Assembly: GCA_002269645.1 (NCBI GenBank)
Contig: NIVC01000594.1
Coordinates: 62,001 to 126,000 of the forward strand
Direction of reading: 5' to 3'
From: Macrostomum lignano
Taxonomy: Eukaryota
Length of the DNA: 64,000 nt
Shown: positions 48,513 through 59,369 of the stretch, in pieces
Layout of the letters: each line of letters begins with the position of its first letter
Numbering within the stretch: the stretch's first letter is position 1
Made by a program: the position numbers and the translations under genes
The notes under the pieces: model-generated
Told to the model about the DNA's origin: nothing
Seen by the model: only the letters and a program-made list of their open reading frames with translations
Database searches by the model: none

Positions 48513-49410
48513 AAGAAAATTCCGAACCGGAAAAGTAATGTCGGGAGGCTTCATGGAAACTGTGCAAGCGGATTTGATGGACATGTCGCGATACGAACAA
48601 TGGAATGATGGTCATCGATATATTCTAGTTGCAATTGACGTGCTTAGTAAATTGGCTTTTTGTCAGTCAATAAAATTGAAAAGCGACACTCCAAAGGCTT
48701 TTGAAAGCATGATCAAAGACTTCCCCATTAAGCCTTTATATCTACACGTTGATCGAGGTACCGAGTTTTATAACAATCGCATGCAGAACTTACTGAAAGC
48801 CCATAATATCAAAATGTACAGTACAAACTCTGTATACAAGGCAAATATGGCTGAAAGGCTGATTAGGACTCTCCGAAAACGTTTAGCTCGCTACTTTGAG
48901 CATAAAAACACGTGGCGTTGGATCGACTATTTGCCAATATTGGTTAAAAGTTACAACAACACAGTACACTCTACTATTGATATGAAACCTTCGAGTGTCG
49001 GTCTGCACAATCAAAAAGAATTGTGGGAAAAGCTCTACAAGGATCCTGAATATGATGAACCAGTTTACCAAAAAGGGGACTTTGTCAGAATTTCAAAATC
49101 TCGTCGAGCCTTTGACAAGGAAGCATACGATATGTACAGCGAAGAAGTTTACGTTGTGTCTCAAGTATGCCCGGGACCGCCTCATTTTTATCGCATTTCC
49201 GACCTATCTGGAGAACAAATCGAGGGTCGATTCTACTATAATGAACTTTCAAAGACGGTTCGACCGGACCGCTTTGTTATAGACAAAATTCTGCGTCGCA
49301 ATGTCATCATCAATGGTGTCGCTCATCATTTCGTTAGTTGGCGCGGCTATCCCGAGTCGTTCAATGCATTTGTACCAGTTGAGGAAGTTATAAATATAAG
49401 ACAAGGATGA
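48337..49410 (+). CDS. Retroviral-type DDE integrase with C-terminal chromodomain
   Basis: Catalytic QADLMD, LHVDRGTEF and MAERLIRTL; YNNTVHSTIDMKP; chromodomain FVIDKILRR...HFVSWRGYPESFNAFVP. Confidence 0.95.
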   Translation: MRMRVKTALRRVYEQGDAAFTNAARVYQEAKRLVPSLTRRQTDEWLKTQSSYTRHKRVKRKFRTGKVMSGGFMETVQADLMDMSRYEQWNDGHRYILVAIDVLSKLAFCQSIKLKSDTPKAFESMIKDFPIKPLYLHVDRGTEFYNNRMQNLLKAHNIKMYSTNSVYKANMAERLIRTLRKRLARYFEHKNTWRWIDYLPILVKSYNNTVHSTIDMKPSSVGLHNQKELWEKLYKDPEYDEPVYQKGDFVRISKSRRAFDKEAYDMYSEEVYVVSQVCPGPPHFYRISDLSGEQIEGRFYYNELSKTVRPDRFVIDKILRRNVIINGVAHHFVSWRGYPESFNAFVPVEEVINIRQG

Positions 49411-49444
49411 ACACACATACACTCGAAACGTGTAGTATATTACA

Positions 49445-50598
49445 ATGCATCTATTCCTACCTAGCAATGCGTGCGTTGAGCACTATCCTGAGAATAATTC
49501 GGCACATTATAGCATTAATTTGCCCGACACCCTCCACTTTCCGAATCATGAAGTCTGCATCGAACGGATCTACTTTTGTAAAGAATTCAAAACCGTCCCC
49601 GATAATCGAATGGTTGATGTCCTGACCAACGCTCCGAGGATGAAGTGATTGACATTGAGGTGAGAGAAAAACCCGCCTCCACGTATAAACAGTTTGCGTC
49701 GGTTTCTCTCGCCGCGGGGCTATCAACAGCCAACGAAGTGGTTGATGCAATCATCGCCGATCTAAAATATGAGCAAGACGATAATGCGATGATTTGCATT
49801 GAGCGTTCACAGGAAGGCCAAATTTCAATTGTGAACAAATCATGGTATGGTGCGAACATTAGGCTGTCCAGTAATGTGCGTAGCATGTTTAAAAAGGTTG
49901 ATGACGCTGGAAATAAATCAAATATCGAAGTAACGACTTTTTTATTAAACCCAAGAAATTCGTTAGTATTCGCTATAGAATTGGAGTCCTCCTCCTCCAT
50001 AGAGAGTCCGATGACTCTAACGTTTGAAAAGAGTGTCTGGCCTTCTAGAACGTCACTGCGGATTGCTAAAGGATTCTACCGCACGCCTGACGAGCTCTTA
50101 AATTATGTTAATGGAGCGCTTTGGGGCGTCGTTTCAAAGCTCCCAATAAGTCCAGCGACGAGAGTGGATGCATTCCGCTACAACCCTTTTCTGAACCGGT
50201 GTGAGTACAAACCCATTGAAAACATTTTATTCGACATTGGAGAGCTTGCTGCCATTCTCGGCTTTCGCGAAGATGTTTTCAATGAAACTCCAAAGACCGC
50301 TAAACGACCAATCGATTTAACAAATGGTGTACAAACTATGTACATCTATTCAAATATTGTCGACTCTGCCATTGTTGGAGACGTCAAAGTCCCCCTGCTT
50401 GGGGCAATTCCTTTGAATGAAAAGGTATACGGCGAACGAGAGTACTACGAGTTTGTCAATCCATCCTACTTACCGTTGGTGAAACACCCATTCAAAACCA
50501 TTGAGGTGCAAATCTGTGACGATATGGGCAAGTTAATGGATCGGATTCTTCGAGGCAAAACTGTTTTATCGATCAACATTCGTGAAATTAAGCTATAA
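49445..50598 (+). CDS. Minor capsid (penton-like) protein, frameshifted near 49630
   Basis: N-terminus MHLFLPSN...YPENN...INLP...HEVCIERI (ORF 49445-49648). C-terminus MYIYSNIV...VGDVKVPLL...YLPL...IEVQICDDMG...GKTVLSINIR (ORF 49645-50598). Confidence 0.85.
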
Positions 50599-50642
50599 AT
50601 AAAGAAGTTTTCACGAATAAAAGGTAGCAACTGATCGACAAT

Positions 50643-51011
50643 ATGCCTTCAATCTTGATCGGAGGAGCTTTACCGGTATTTTCCGGTGCACAGCGCGGCA
50701 ACGGCCTGTTTGGCAGCATTGCCCGATTTGCCCTGCCAATTTTAAAGAGTTTTGGCAAAAATATTCTTCGCCACGGAACACGAGCCCTAGCTACAACAGT
50801 TAGCGACACACTCGATCAAGGCGGGAACTTGAAAGAAGCGGCATTGCGTAACTCTGTCCAGGCAGCTAAAGATGCTTTCAAGGACACAGTCGCACAACGA
50901 GGTAGCGGCAGACAAAGACGAAGAAAGATGACTAACAAAAAAACGAGAAAAAGACTGCAGCATTCTGATATTTTCGACTCTATAAATAAAAAAACCCGTG
51001 CCAATAACTGA
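50643..51011 (+). CDS. Basic core-type Polinton protein with QRGxG motifs
   Basis: LIGG, QRGNGLFG...PILK, QRGSG followed by an Arg/Lys run and DIF, as in conserved Polinton small basic proteins. Confidence 0.75.
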   Translation: MPSILIGGALPVFSGAQRGNGLFGSIARFALPILKSFGKNILRHGTRALATTVSDTLDQGGNLKEAALRNSVQAAKDAFKDTVAQRGSGRQRRRKMTNKKTRKRLQHSDIFDSINKKTRANN

Positions 51012-51054
51012 TCTGTCTATTAGAGCACCACACTAAGCCGCTGTTGAATGAAAA

Positions 51055-52336
51055 ATGACTGAGTGCCTGTGTACAAAGTCGGAATTCGAGCTTTTTGCTC
51101 CTCGCGCACACCAAATTGCTGCAATTAGCGCCACCACTGAAGAAGTTCACCCTGTTGCCAGTGTTGAAAATGCCAGCGTGGTCGAATTTAGGATTGTTGG
51201 TGGTGAGACGTTTATCGATCTTAACGACATTGACCTCGAGATTAAGGCCCGCGTTAAGCAGTCTAATGGTACAAATCTTGCTGCTGATTCGAATGTTGCG
51301 CCGGTCAATTACGTCCTTGAAAGCATGTTTAAAAACGTCACGTTGACAATCAACGGGACACACGTAGAGTCGAGCAATAACAACCACGCTTACAAGGCCT
51401 ATATTCTCACGTGTTTGAATTACGGACACGATTCAAAAACTAATCAACTGAGAATGATGGGCTACGCAAAGGACGCTGGAGGTCAAATGGCTGTGGTTGG
51501 AAATCCTGGCTTTGTAGCCCGCAAGGCGATGGCGGCAAACTCACGCACCTTTCACCTTTATGGACCTCTTAGTTTAGACTTTTTTGTTACCAACGACCGA
51601 ATGCTACTGCCATACACTGATATGGTAATTACGCTGACCATGCACAATTCCGGCTTCGTTCTGGAAAACCACGCGGACGGGGTTGATGCGCGGCTAGTAC
51701 TCGAGAGTGCCAAACTACATGTGCGCCGCGTCAAGGCAAACCCCCAATTGGCATTGGAGATTGAAGAACAACTAGGCAAACAGAATGCAATCTATCCGAT
51801 TGAGCGACTTGTTGTGCACAATACTTCAGTGGCTGGCGGTGTTCGGGACATGTCAATCAATAATATATTTCCTGAACAAAAGCCTAAACTAGTGGTTGTT
51901 GGCATGGTGAACAGCGGCGCATACAACGGTGTGGCTACACATAACCCGTTTAATTTTGAACCGTTTGGGGCAGACAGTGTCGCTCTGTATAAGGACGGAG
52001 TCAGTCTGTGTGGACAACCGTTTACTCCTCGATTCGGTGTTCATAACTATGCTCGCGAGTATGCCATGCTACTAAAAAGCCTAGGAAAGATGAATCGGGA
52101 CCTGATATTGACGTATCATATTCCGACTATGGAGCTGGCTACTGCTTCTTCGCCTGGAATCTCATGCCCGACATGGAGCTGGGCGGGCATAGCATGCCTC
52201 GCGAGCGAGGGAATCTGACGCTACAAATAAAGTTTTCTGCTGCCTTGGCCGCAGGAATCAACGTGTTGGTGTTTGGCTACTTTGACAATACTGTGCAATC
52301 ACTCGCGGTCGTCAGGTTATTCTAGACTACGTGTAG
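51055..52336 (+). CDS. Double jelly-roll major capsid protein, frameshifted near 52097 and 52297
   Basis: KSEFELF, VEFRI...FIDL, APVNYVLESMF, YKAY...LNY, NGVATHNPFNF. The -1 frames give YSDYGAGYCFFAWNL...GNLTLQIKFS...LVFGYFDN and ITRGRQVILDYV*. Confidence 0.9.
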
Positions 52337-52386
52337 AAACAAACATCTCTTTTTTATTCTCGAATAACGACCATATTCATGCCGAT

Positions 52387-52836
52387 ATGAATAGTCTAGA
52401 TATATTAGAACGTCTAATACTACCTGTCCCTGTTCGAGTAACACCAGTTGACAGGATTCCGCAGCCTGTTTATCCTGCTGCATACGTGATTAACTTTGAC
52501 ACTGGCAATCTACCAGGCACTCACTGGGCTTTAATTTGTCTTCATGCCGATGAGAGCGTGACATTTTTTGACCCCTTGTGTATCGATCCTGTGCCAGATT
52601 TATTAAAGTTGTGGATCACAAAGTATGTCCCTGTGGAGGTGGCCATGAACCGGCATCCTGTACAGCATCAGCTAAGTGTGACCTGCGGGGCTCATGTAAT
52701 ATTTGTGGCTGAAAAACACTTTCTGGAGGGTCTGTCAATTGAAAAAATATTGCGCGACTGTTATAGCACAAATCTTTACGAGAACGACTTGATGGTGCAG
52801 AATCACTGTCTACAAATAAAGCAGCATCATCCATAA
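52387..52836 (+). CDS. Adenain-like cysteine protease
   Basis: VINFD...GTHW (His), FFDP (Asp), VQ (oxyanion Gln) and TCGAH (Cys). Confidence 0.9.
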   Translation: MNSLDILERLILPVPVRVTPVDRIPQPVYPAAYVINFDTGNLPGTHWALICLHADESVTFFDPLCIDPVPDLLKLWITKYVPVEVAMNRHPVQHQLSVTCGAHVIFVAEKHFLEGLSIEKILRDCYSTNLYENDLMVQNHCLQIKQHHP

Positions 52837-52838
52837 AT

Positions 52839-53489
52839 ATGATTGGGCTGCCTATCAAAATGTATCAAACAATAGACCCCGACTCTTTAAAATTTGCCCC
52901 CAAAACGTCGGCAATTTTTGCTGGGGTGGCTCAAAGCGGCAAGACCACACTTGTGAAAAACCTATTGAGACAAGAATTTTTTCAAGATCCGAAGCCGATT
53001 CGCGTAGACTGGTTTGGCCACTATCCGGATCCTGAACTGTTTGAATTGCCGTACCCTGTAAATTTTCGTTCGTGTACATTTGATCCTGAACAATATGTCC
53101 CTGAACCAAATATTCTGCTTGTCGTCGACGACCAAATGCATGCCATGGAAAAGAGTGGCGCTTTTACAACTTTTTTCACGCGCAAAGTCTCCCACGTGGG
53201 GTTCCGACTTTGGTATCTTGTGCAAAACCTGTTTGCAAAGGGTAAGGAGCACCGAACTCAGTCGCTCAATTCGAACTACCTTGTTTTATTCCGCAATGTT
53301 CGGGATGCCAGCACAGTGTCTCATATTGCAAGGCAGCTGGTCCCCACTAATCCAAAAAGTTTTGTCAAAACGTATGAGGATGCTACTCGCGACCCCTACT
53401 CATACTTGATTGTAAACTGTTTGCAAAATGCTCCTGCTCGCTATTATTCAAATGTTTTGGGTCGTCACCCAATTGTGTATGCTAAATAA
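52839..53489 (+). CDS. A32/FtsK-like genome-packaging ATPase
   Basis: Walker A GVAQSGKTT, Walker B LLVVDD, then FT..VSH, QNLF.K...RTQSLN..YLVLF.N.RD. Confidence 0.95.
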   Translation: MIGLPIKMYQTIDPDSLKFAPKTSAIFAGVAQSGKTTLVKNLLRQEFFQDPKPIRVDWFGHYPDPELFELPYPVNFRSCTFDPEQYVPEPNILLVVDDQMHAMEKSGAFTTFFTRKVSHVGFRLWYLVQNLFAKGKEHRTQSLNSNYLVLFRNVRDASTVSHIARQLVPTNPKSFVKTYEDATRDPYSYLIVNCLQNAPARYYSNVLGRHPIVYAK

Positions 53490-53656
53490 ATATACGTATC
53501 AAAGCTCGGCCGGCTTTTTGTGTAAATATATATACGCCTTTTGAAAACTTATTTGGGAGAGGGGGTTGGTGGATGACGTAATTGTCTCGGAGTGTCGACG
53601 AGGGCTGAATTCTAGAGAGTGAAGTATGGAAGGAGTGGATATAACAGGCTGCAGCA

Positions 53657-54224
53657 GCGATTTACAGCGGCTGACTCATCATGCCTCCGCGTGGGACCGC
53701 CAATTTTGTGGGGGTCACAGACAATTCTGTGCGTACACCAATTTTGGGTGTATATATGGACAGTAAATATGGACAAGTAATAATATGGACAGTTATGGGG
53801 TGGGCGGGCGCTACAATTCTGCGCGTACACCAATTTTGGGATGGACAGTAAATATGGAAAAGTAATAATATGGACAGTTATGGGGTGGGTGGGCGCTCTA
53901 ATTCTGCCAATATTTGGTATATGGACAGTTAATATGGACAGTTAATTCTGCGTACACCAATGCTGCATTGTGTGGGGATGGGGGCGCGCGCGTTTCTACG
54001 TACAACAACGGTGAAGCGCTAATTATGCGTACTATATTGTACTCGTCGCTGCTGTACGATACACTGATTACATGTATAGATTTTACATGAGAGTATAAAT
54101 GTCTCACATAATGACTCTGGACCAATTAGAATCGGTCTAATGTATTTAGATAGGCGTTGAATTTGCTTTGGCTCTGACACCCACCTCACCTCCAAAACCC
54201 TGCAGAATCTACGCGTTATGTAGT
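53657..54224 (-). repeat. Right terminal inverted repeat (~570 bp)
   Basis: Inverse of 44026-44596. Confidence 0.95.
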
Positions 54225-54719
54225 GTGGAGGGCTGTAGCTGATCCCTGCAACACATTTTGAGAAGCTTTTATTTAAAAAAACGTCTTCTCGAACATACCT
54301 CAGCTGTTTCCCGTGATTATTCTTCGTTCTAACTGCAATTATCAATATATATATTTCCCCATTAATTTTTTTCCTCAGACCTGCCTCTATAAAGTTAATC
54401 TTAGTGTAGTTCTATCTATGCTACTTTTTGTCGAAAAGCAAAAAATGCCGCACCTATACAACAGTTGGTAATGAACCCATGCGCTCGAATAAAGAATGAT
54501 ACATGATTGTTCAAATCTACTCAAATCTAAGTTCATAATTCTATCAGTTTTTTCCTAAATTTTGTAGCGGATATACGAACATGCTTACTGAACACAGCAG
54601 TTCTCTTGTTTTTGTTTCTCATTCGAATAAATTTAAAAATTTTGAGCCGATTGGCGTTTCAAAGCAACAAGAATTGTTAAGCTCTGTGCGTTATTTTGTC
54701 TAGCATCAGTCTTGTGCTC

Positions 54720-54900
54720 TAGCATCCAGCGGCGCAACCTGAATGAAGTACACCTGTTTGGTGCCGTCTCACAGTCCAAGGCGCTGCTTGACCGCCATCA
54801 GAAGGCTCGGCTGTGGCAGGCATTGGTCAAACCGTCAGGCCCTTCATGAAATGGTCCGAAATTCTGCCATCCTGCGTTATGTCAGCGGCTTCAATTGGCA
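54720..54900 (+). pseudogene. Possible 3' fragment of an RTE-like LINE
   Basis: KARLWQALVKP resembles the KxRLYxALVxP motif after the RT domain of RTE elements; very short. Confidence 0.25.
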
Positions 54901-56067
54901 GGCCAAGTGATCTGGGTTGAGAGCGTTTCAAACACTACGGAGGCCGTGGGAGAGAGCGTATAGTTGAGCAAGGATAGGACACCCTAATCTCGCTATACCG
55001 ACCCGCACGAGGGTAGGTCGCACCCACATCAGCAAGTCCAAGCCTCAAACAATCGGTATTGGGGCAAGTAGACAAATTGAACAGGCGACATTGCTAATGT
55101 AGACTAGTCTCGAAAATGCTTTCCAATTGTTCCATTGTGCGCTACACGCTCATGAATTGGCCCGTTGACTCTGGGTCTGTGACCACAGGCTCCACCCTCG
55201 TGTAAGCTCTTCTGGTTAGCCGAGTTGATGATGGCCTTTAATTTACCCCTCCCCACCCCCCGACTGGCCTAGTGCTATTAAGTGGAAATGATGAAAACGA
55301 AAATAAAACACAGACCCTGACGGACAAAAGCAGTAGCTGGTATCCAAGGTATAGAAGGTCTCCACCTGGGCTTACAAGGGGCCTCATACCGCGCTGTGCC
55401 ATTTGTCTGCTCGCACCCACCCATGCAAACTGCAAACTGCTTACTGAGATCAGAATTAGGGGAGAGAAGTGAGAGCGCTGAAAAGTATGTATCTGCAGCG
55501 GCATCTAATGCTGAGCCCGGAGTTGATTTGAGTTTAATACTGGTGGTCCTGCGAGACTTGTAGTGGTCGCACGGACTGGAGGCTGTGCGGTGGGGTTGGG
55601 CAACGGCTCTCCTTCTCTCTAGGGCTCTCTCTGCTCTGGATTGGAAGCAACGACTGCCTAACGCATGGTAAGTATTTAAAAAAGTATAGCGTTCCAGCAA
55701 TCTCAGTGAAGCATAGCTACTCTGTTTTCTCAATATTTTTTAGAACTCTCTTCTCTGCGAGACGCCTATTTCTGTAGCTGTCACACTCGGTCAGAATTCG
55801 TTTGTTTACAACGCTGCGGACAACACGAGTGCAACCAGGACCAGCGACGCCGCCGCCGACCATATCATTCTTCAATAGGAATGGCAGGCAATGACGGTAG
55901 AAGACCGTTCTATGAACGAAAGACAGGTGAGAGGGACTTAGCTAACTTCTGCGATTCGTCTGATTAGATGGAAGCAAGTATGAAAATAAGTGGGTTGTAG
56001 CCAAATCTCCCAGCAAAAAAATAATTGTCTTGAAACTAAGTCTTAAGTTAATTCTCACAATTCATCC

Positions 56068-56690
56068 GAAAAGCTTTCCAAGGACTACTTAACAACACAG
56101 GAAGTTACACTTGCGAATATTGGCAGAATTCTAAAAGGCCGCTTTGTGTCTTGACAATATTTTGATCGAGTCGGAATCTGTCCCAACTGGGCCGAGACCA
56201 CTCATGTGCCGTTTGAGAGTCGAGGCTCCGCTTGCTTCATTCTAGCATCCTCCGGCCAATGCTTGCGGCATACGCCCATGTGCGCAGTGAAATGCTACCT
56301 TACCTTTGCTGCGATGGGCAAAGCCTTCATTCAGGAGTCAACCTTATCCTCTTCTTTCACAAAAGTAATACACGGTGCACCTTTCACCGCTTTTGTAGTG
56401 CTGATGCAGTCTGGAGTCTGCAACATTTCGTCGGCATCTTGTATAACTCAATTGAATTTGAAGCAAGAAATAAAAAAGATTCCGAGAACGCACAGTTAGC
56501 TGTTTGCTCTTGTCTACTTGGTGCTCTAAGCTAGACTTTATACAGGCTATCATGCTGCACTGCTATGCGAATTACTAAGCAAAAAGGCCCCTAAAACCAT
56601 AGACACACATTCAAAGCGGCCTTTTAGAATTCTTCCAATATTTGCAAGTGTAAGGTCCTGTGTTTTTAAGTAGTCCTTGAAGCTTTCTAG
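56068..56690. mobile_element. Putative MITE or foldback with ~85-bp inverted ends
   Basis: aagctttccaaggactacttaa...aattctaaaaggccgctttg (~56068-56150) is inverted at ~56612-56690. No TSD resolved. Confidence 0.6.
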
Positions 56691-56780
56691 GAAAATTCTA
56701 CCTGAGAGCTGTAGAATGAGCCTTCCTGCTTCTTAATTTCCAGCCATAATCGCGCCATCAGGCTTCTTCCATCTACCACC

Positions 56781-59369
56781 ATGCGATGGATGCCCAAACG
56801 ACCCCGAAATAGCCTGTCGCGCAATGCAAACACGTTTCCCCTGTTCATTGTAGGCGAGCTGTCTATTCACTTGGACATTTTCGACGCCAAGGCGGTGAAC
56901 CCAGAACAGTTCGGCTCCCGGCAGTACTTCTTGGTGAACCTGTCTGATCGGTTCGCTGCCATGCTTGAGAAGACTGAGCTGCACAAGCTGAAGGGATTCT
57001 TTGACAAGAGGAATACGCTGAAAGATACCACAATAGAATACTTCACGGACAGTGAGTGATGGCAGTAGTTGGTGCCAGCTCGTGTTTGCAAGCATATTCA
57101 GAAACCTTGAAAAGTCACCAGACTTTTGCCCAGCAAGCAACTCAATTCTCTGAATTAAACATTATCTAGTTAAAAGAGTCGGCAAAATAATGTATTCATT
57201 TATACTAATAGGCATATTTAAAGGACTTCTGCACCGATACAAATGCTGAATTTAGCTTTTCCCACTCTGGCTCTATTACGGCTCTGTAAAAATATTGCGG
57301 CGTACAGTACAGAAGGACTGCAAGCTGCAGCTAAAGGTATGTAATGATATAATTGCAGGAGCGCTGTGGTTACCCTTGGCGCAATGCCTTCAGCGAAATT
57401 GTCCCGCAATCAGCGCTGAGGCAATTCTGCCCCATCCCGCTGACTCGATCCGGAGCACAGAAAAGCGCGCCAATACTGTACTCAAGCACGCACTCATGCA
57501 CACGCTCACAGAGGGTGTACAGCGGCCCTGACTTTCTAATCGCCAGGCATGTACACTCCCCTGTGCCTTGGGAGCTGGCCCTCATGGGTGGGGAATCGTG
57601 CGACAACTTTCGTGCACACAAGACCCAAATGAATGGAATTAAACCAGTGAGGAGAGACGTGGAGCGATCGAGAGTCAGACGCATTTACCGCTGAGTTGAT
57701 CTGCCCCTCCCCCAGCTACAGGTAAAGTCTTACTCCTATGCAAACTAAAATGAGACCAGTATATCAGCCCCTGTTGAAGTGGCAGGGTGCTTAGGCCTCC
57801 AGGCCTCTCCATATGCATGCGAGGCAAGATTGGACCACGGCCACTAAAGTTAAAAATAGAGATGTGAGCGACAGTTTTAAAAAAGTAAAATCAATATCGA
57901 CTACTCCGTCTTAGCTGCCCTCATGAGGAGGAGTTGGACTGGCTCGATCGTAGGATTAGTTAAATGTTCCACATTGCTGGCGAGGAGAGTGGGGAAAGAG
58001 CGATCGTGCAGGTAGCTCCATTAATGTGTCTGAGTTCCTTCTCATGAACCAAGAGAGACTTTTATAGCAATTTTGTAGTTAGATTTGATCAATCAGCGGT
58101 CCCTGTGAATGACAGTCATTTTATAATAATTGCAAGACGTTTGCGTTTTGTGATCCCCTTGAAGTCCCGTCATGGAATTCTAGTATAAAGTCATCTACAA
58201 TCACCTGCAATGACCTGGTGCCCCTGGTGCTAAAGCCCAGTCAAATGAAGTGGCATCCGTTCAAAAGAAAATGTCGCAGCCCCAAAGACGCGCCTCCATG
58301 CAATGCAAAATCCTGGCTTACGCCGTATTTATTATGTACTTACAAATATGCAACTCTTTAGCGACCCATGACGCTCTCAAGAGGTTTTCAACCTCCATCT
58401 ATTTGTAATCCACAGAGTGCCTGTGCATCGTTTGCCCCTCGAGTCTGAGCGCACTGCAACGCCTTCAAAAGGACTACGAATCTGGTCGGCTGGAGCGCTT
58501 CTTTGTGGAATGCTTCGTCACCCCGGTGGCCATGAAGAAGCTGGAGGTGACCTCGATGAAGCTAAAAATTCATTTGTCACCGCCGGAACTGAAAAAAGTT
58601 GAGGCCGAATGGCTGGAGGGTGCCATGCCTCAGACTTACGATATGGATAAGAACGGTTAGCAAACCATTTTCATGCTCTTCTACTCCCAGTAGAGCTATG
58701 AGTACAGCGTTATTATTCTCTAAATCGAGCTTTCGCCATTCAATCGCACCCTCTTACATTCCAGAGAAGAGCTACCGCATGCTCCGCCTGGTGAAGCAGT
58801 TCCAGCTCAACTACATGCAGAATTCCGAGACCGGCTGCTGTACAAAACTGCGCGAGGCCGAAGCAAAGTACGAGGCCAGCTTAACCAGCCTCATCAACTT
58901 TCTCAAGATGCTTCGCAGCAACAGCATGGTGCCGATCAAATGCGCGAAGGAGGTCATCGACCTCTACGAGAAGGAGAAGACAAACTCGCCGGATGGCAAG
59001 CTGGTTGAGCAGTACTTCGATACGCTTCGCGGAATCGGCAAGTCTGTGCGCGTCATCGAGACCAGCATCTCCTTCCCGCTGGCCCAGATCCGGGTTGGCG
59101 GCGAGAATGAGGAGCAGCTGAAGCGTAAGAAGGAGATGTTTCAGATCATTCAAAACATCAAGGAGGCCCTGCGCGAGGACCAGCCGTTTCATTTGAAGCA
59201 CGAGACCTACGTAGCCAAGGTGTCTGGGTCGGAGCGTTTGGTTCTGTCTGGCTTCATCTGCCTACTGCCCAGCGTCATCCGCATGATGCTGGACTTGGAC
59301 GAGACTATCGACGAGTACTTCAACAGCGGTAGCGTTGTATTTAAGCCGTCGGAATTGAGCGCTAACTGA
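56781..59369 (+). CDS. Protein with TRADD-N/DEDD-C-like domain and unknown C-terminal domain (371 aa); exons 56781-57051, 58416-58655, 58765-59369
   Basis: Kozak context ACCACCATG, and three exons join in frame at GT-AG sites. CLCIVCPSSLSALQRLQKDYESGRLERFFVECFVT...MKLKIHLSPPEL resembles DEDD CDIKFSELTYLDAFWRDYINGSLLEALKGVFIT...IKLLVNVDEEDY. Confidence 0.7.

Larger units (their letters stand above)
44026..54224 (+). mobile_element. Integrated Polinton/Maverick (adintovirus-like) element, 10,199 bp, with no recognisable pPolB
   Basis: Termini ACTACATAACGCGTAG and CTACGCGTTATGTAGT. Exact 6-bp TSD GTGGAG at 44020-44025 and 54225-54230. Internal integrase, capsid, protease and ATPase genes all lie on the + strand. 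Confidence 0.95.

Noticed and set aside
52273-52386. N-terminal extension of the protease ORF in the supplied track
   Set aside because: It overlaps the frameshifted end of the major capsid gene; the ATG at 52387 is the more plausible start.
55881-55926. Candidate first exon MAGNDGRRPFYERKT for the TRADD-N-like gene
   Set aside because: Its donor is phase 1 whereas the acceptor at 56744 needs phase 2; the ATG at 56781 has a strong Kozak context.
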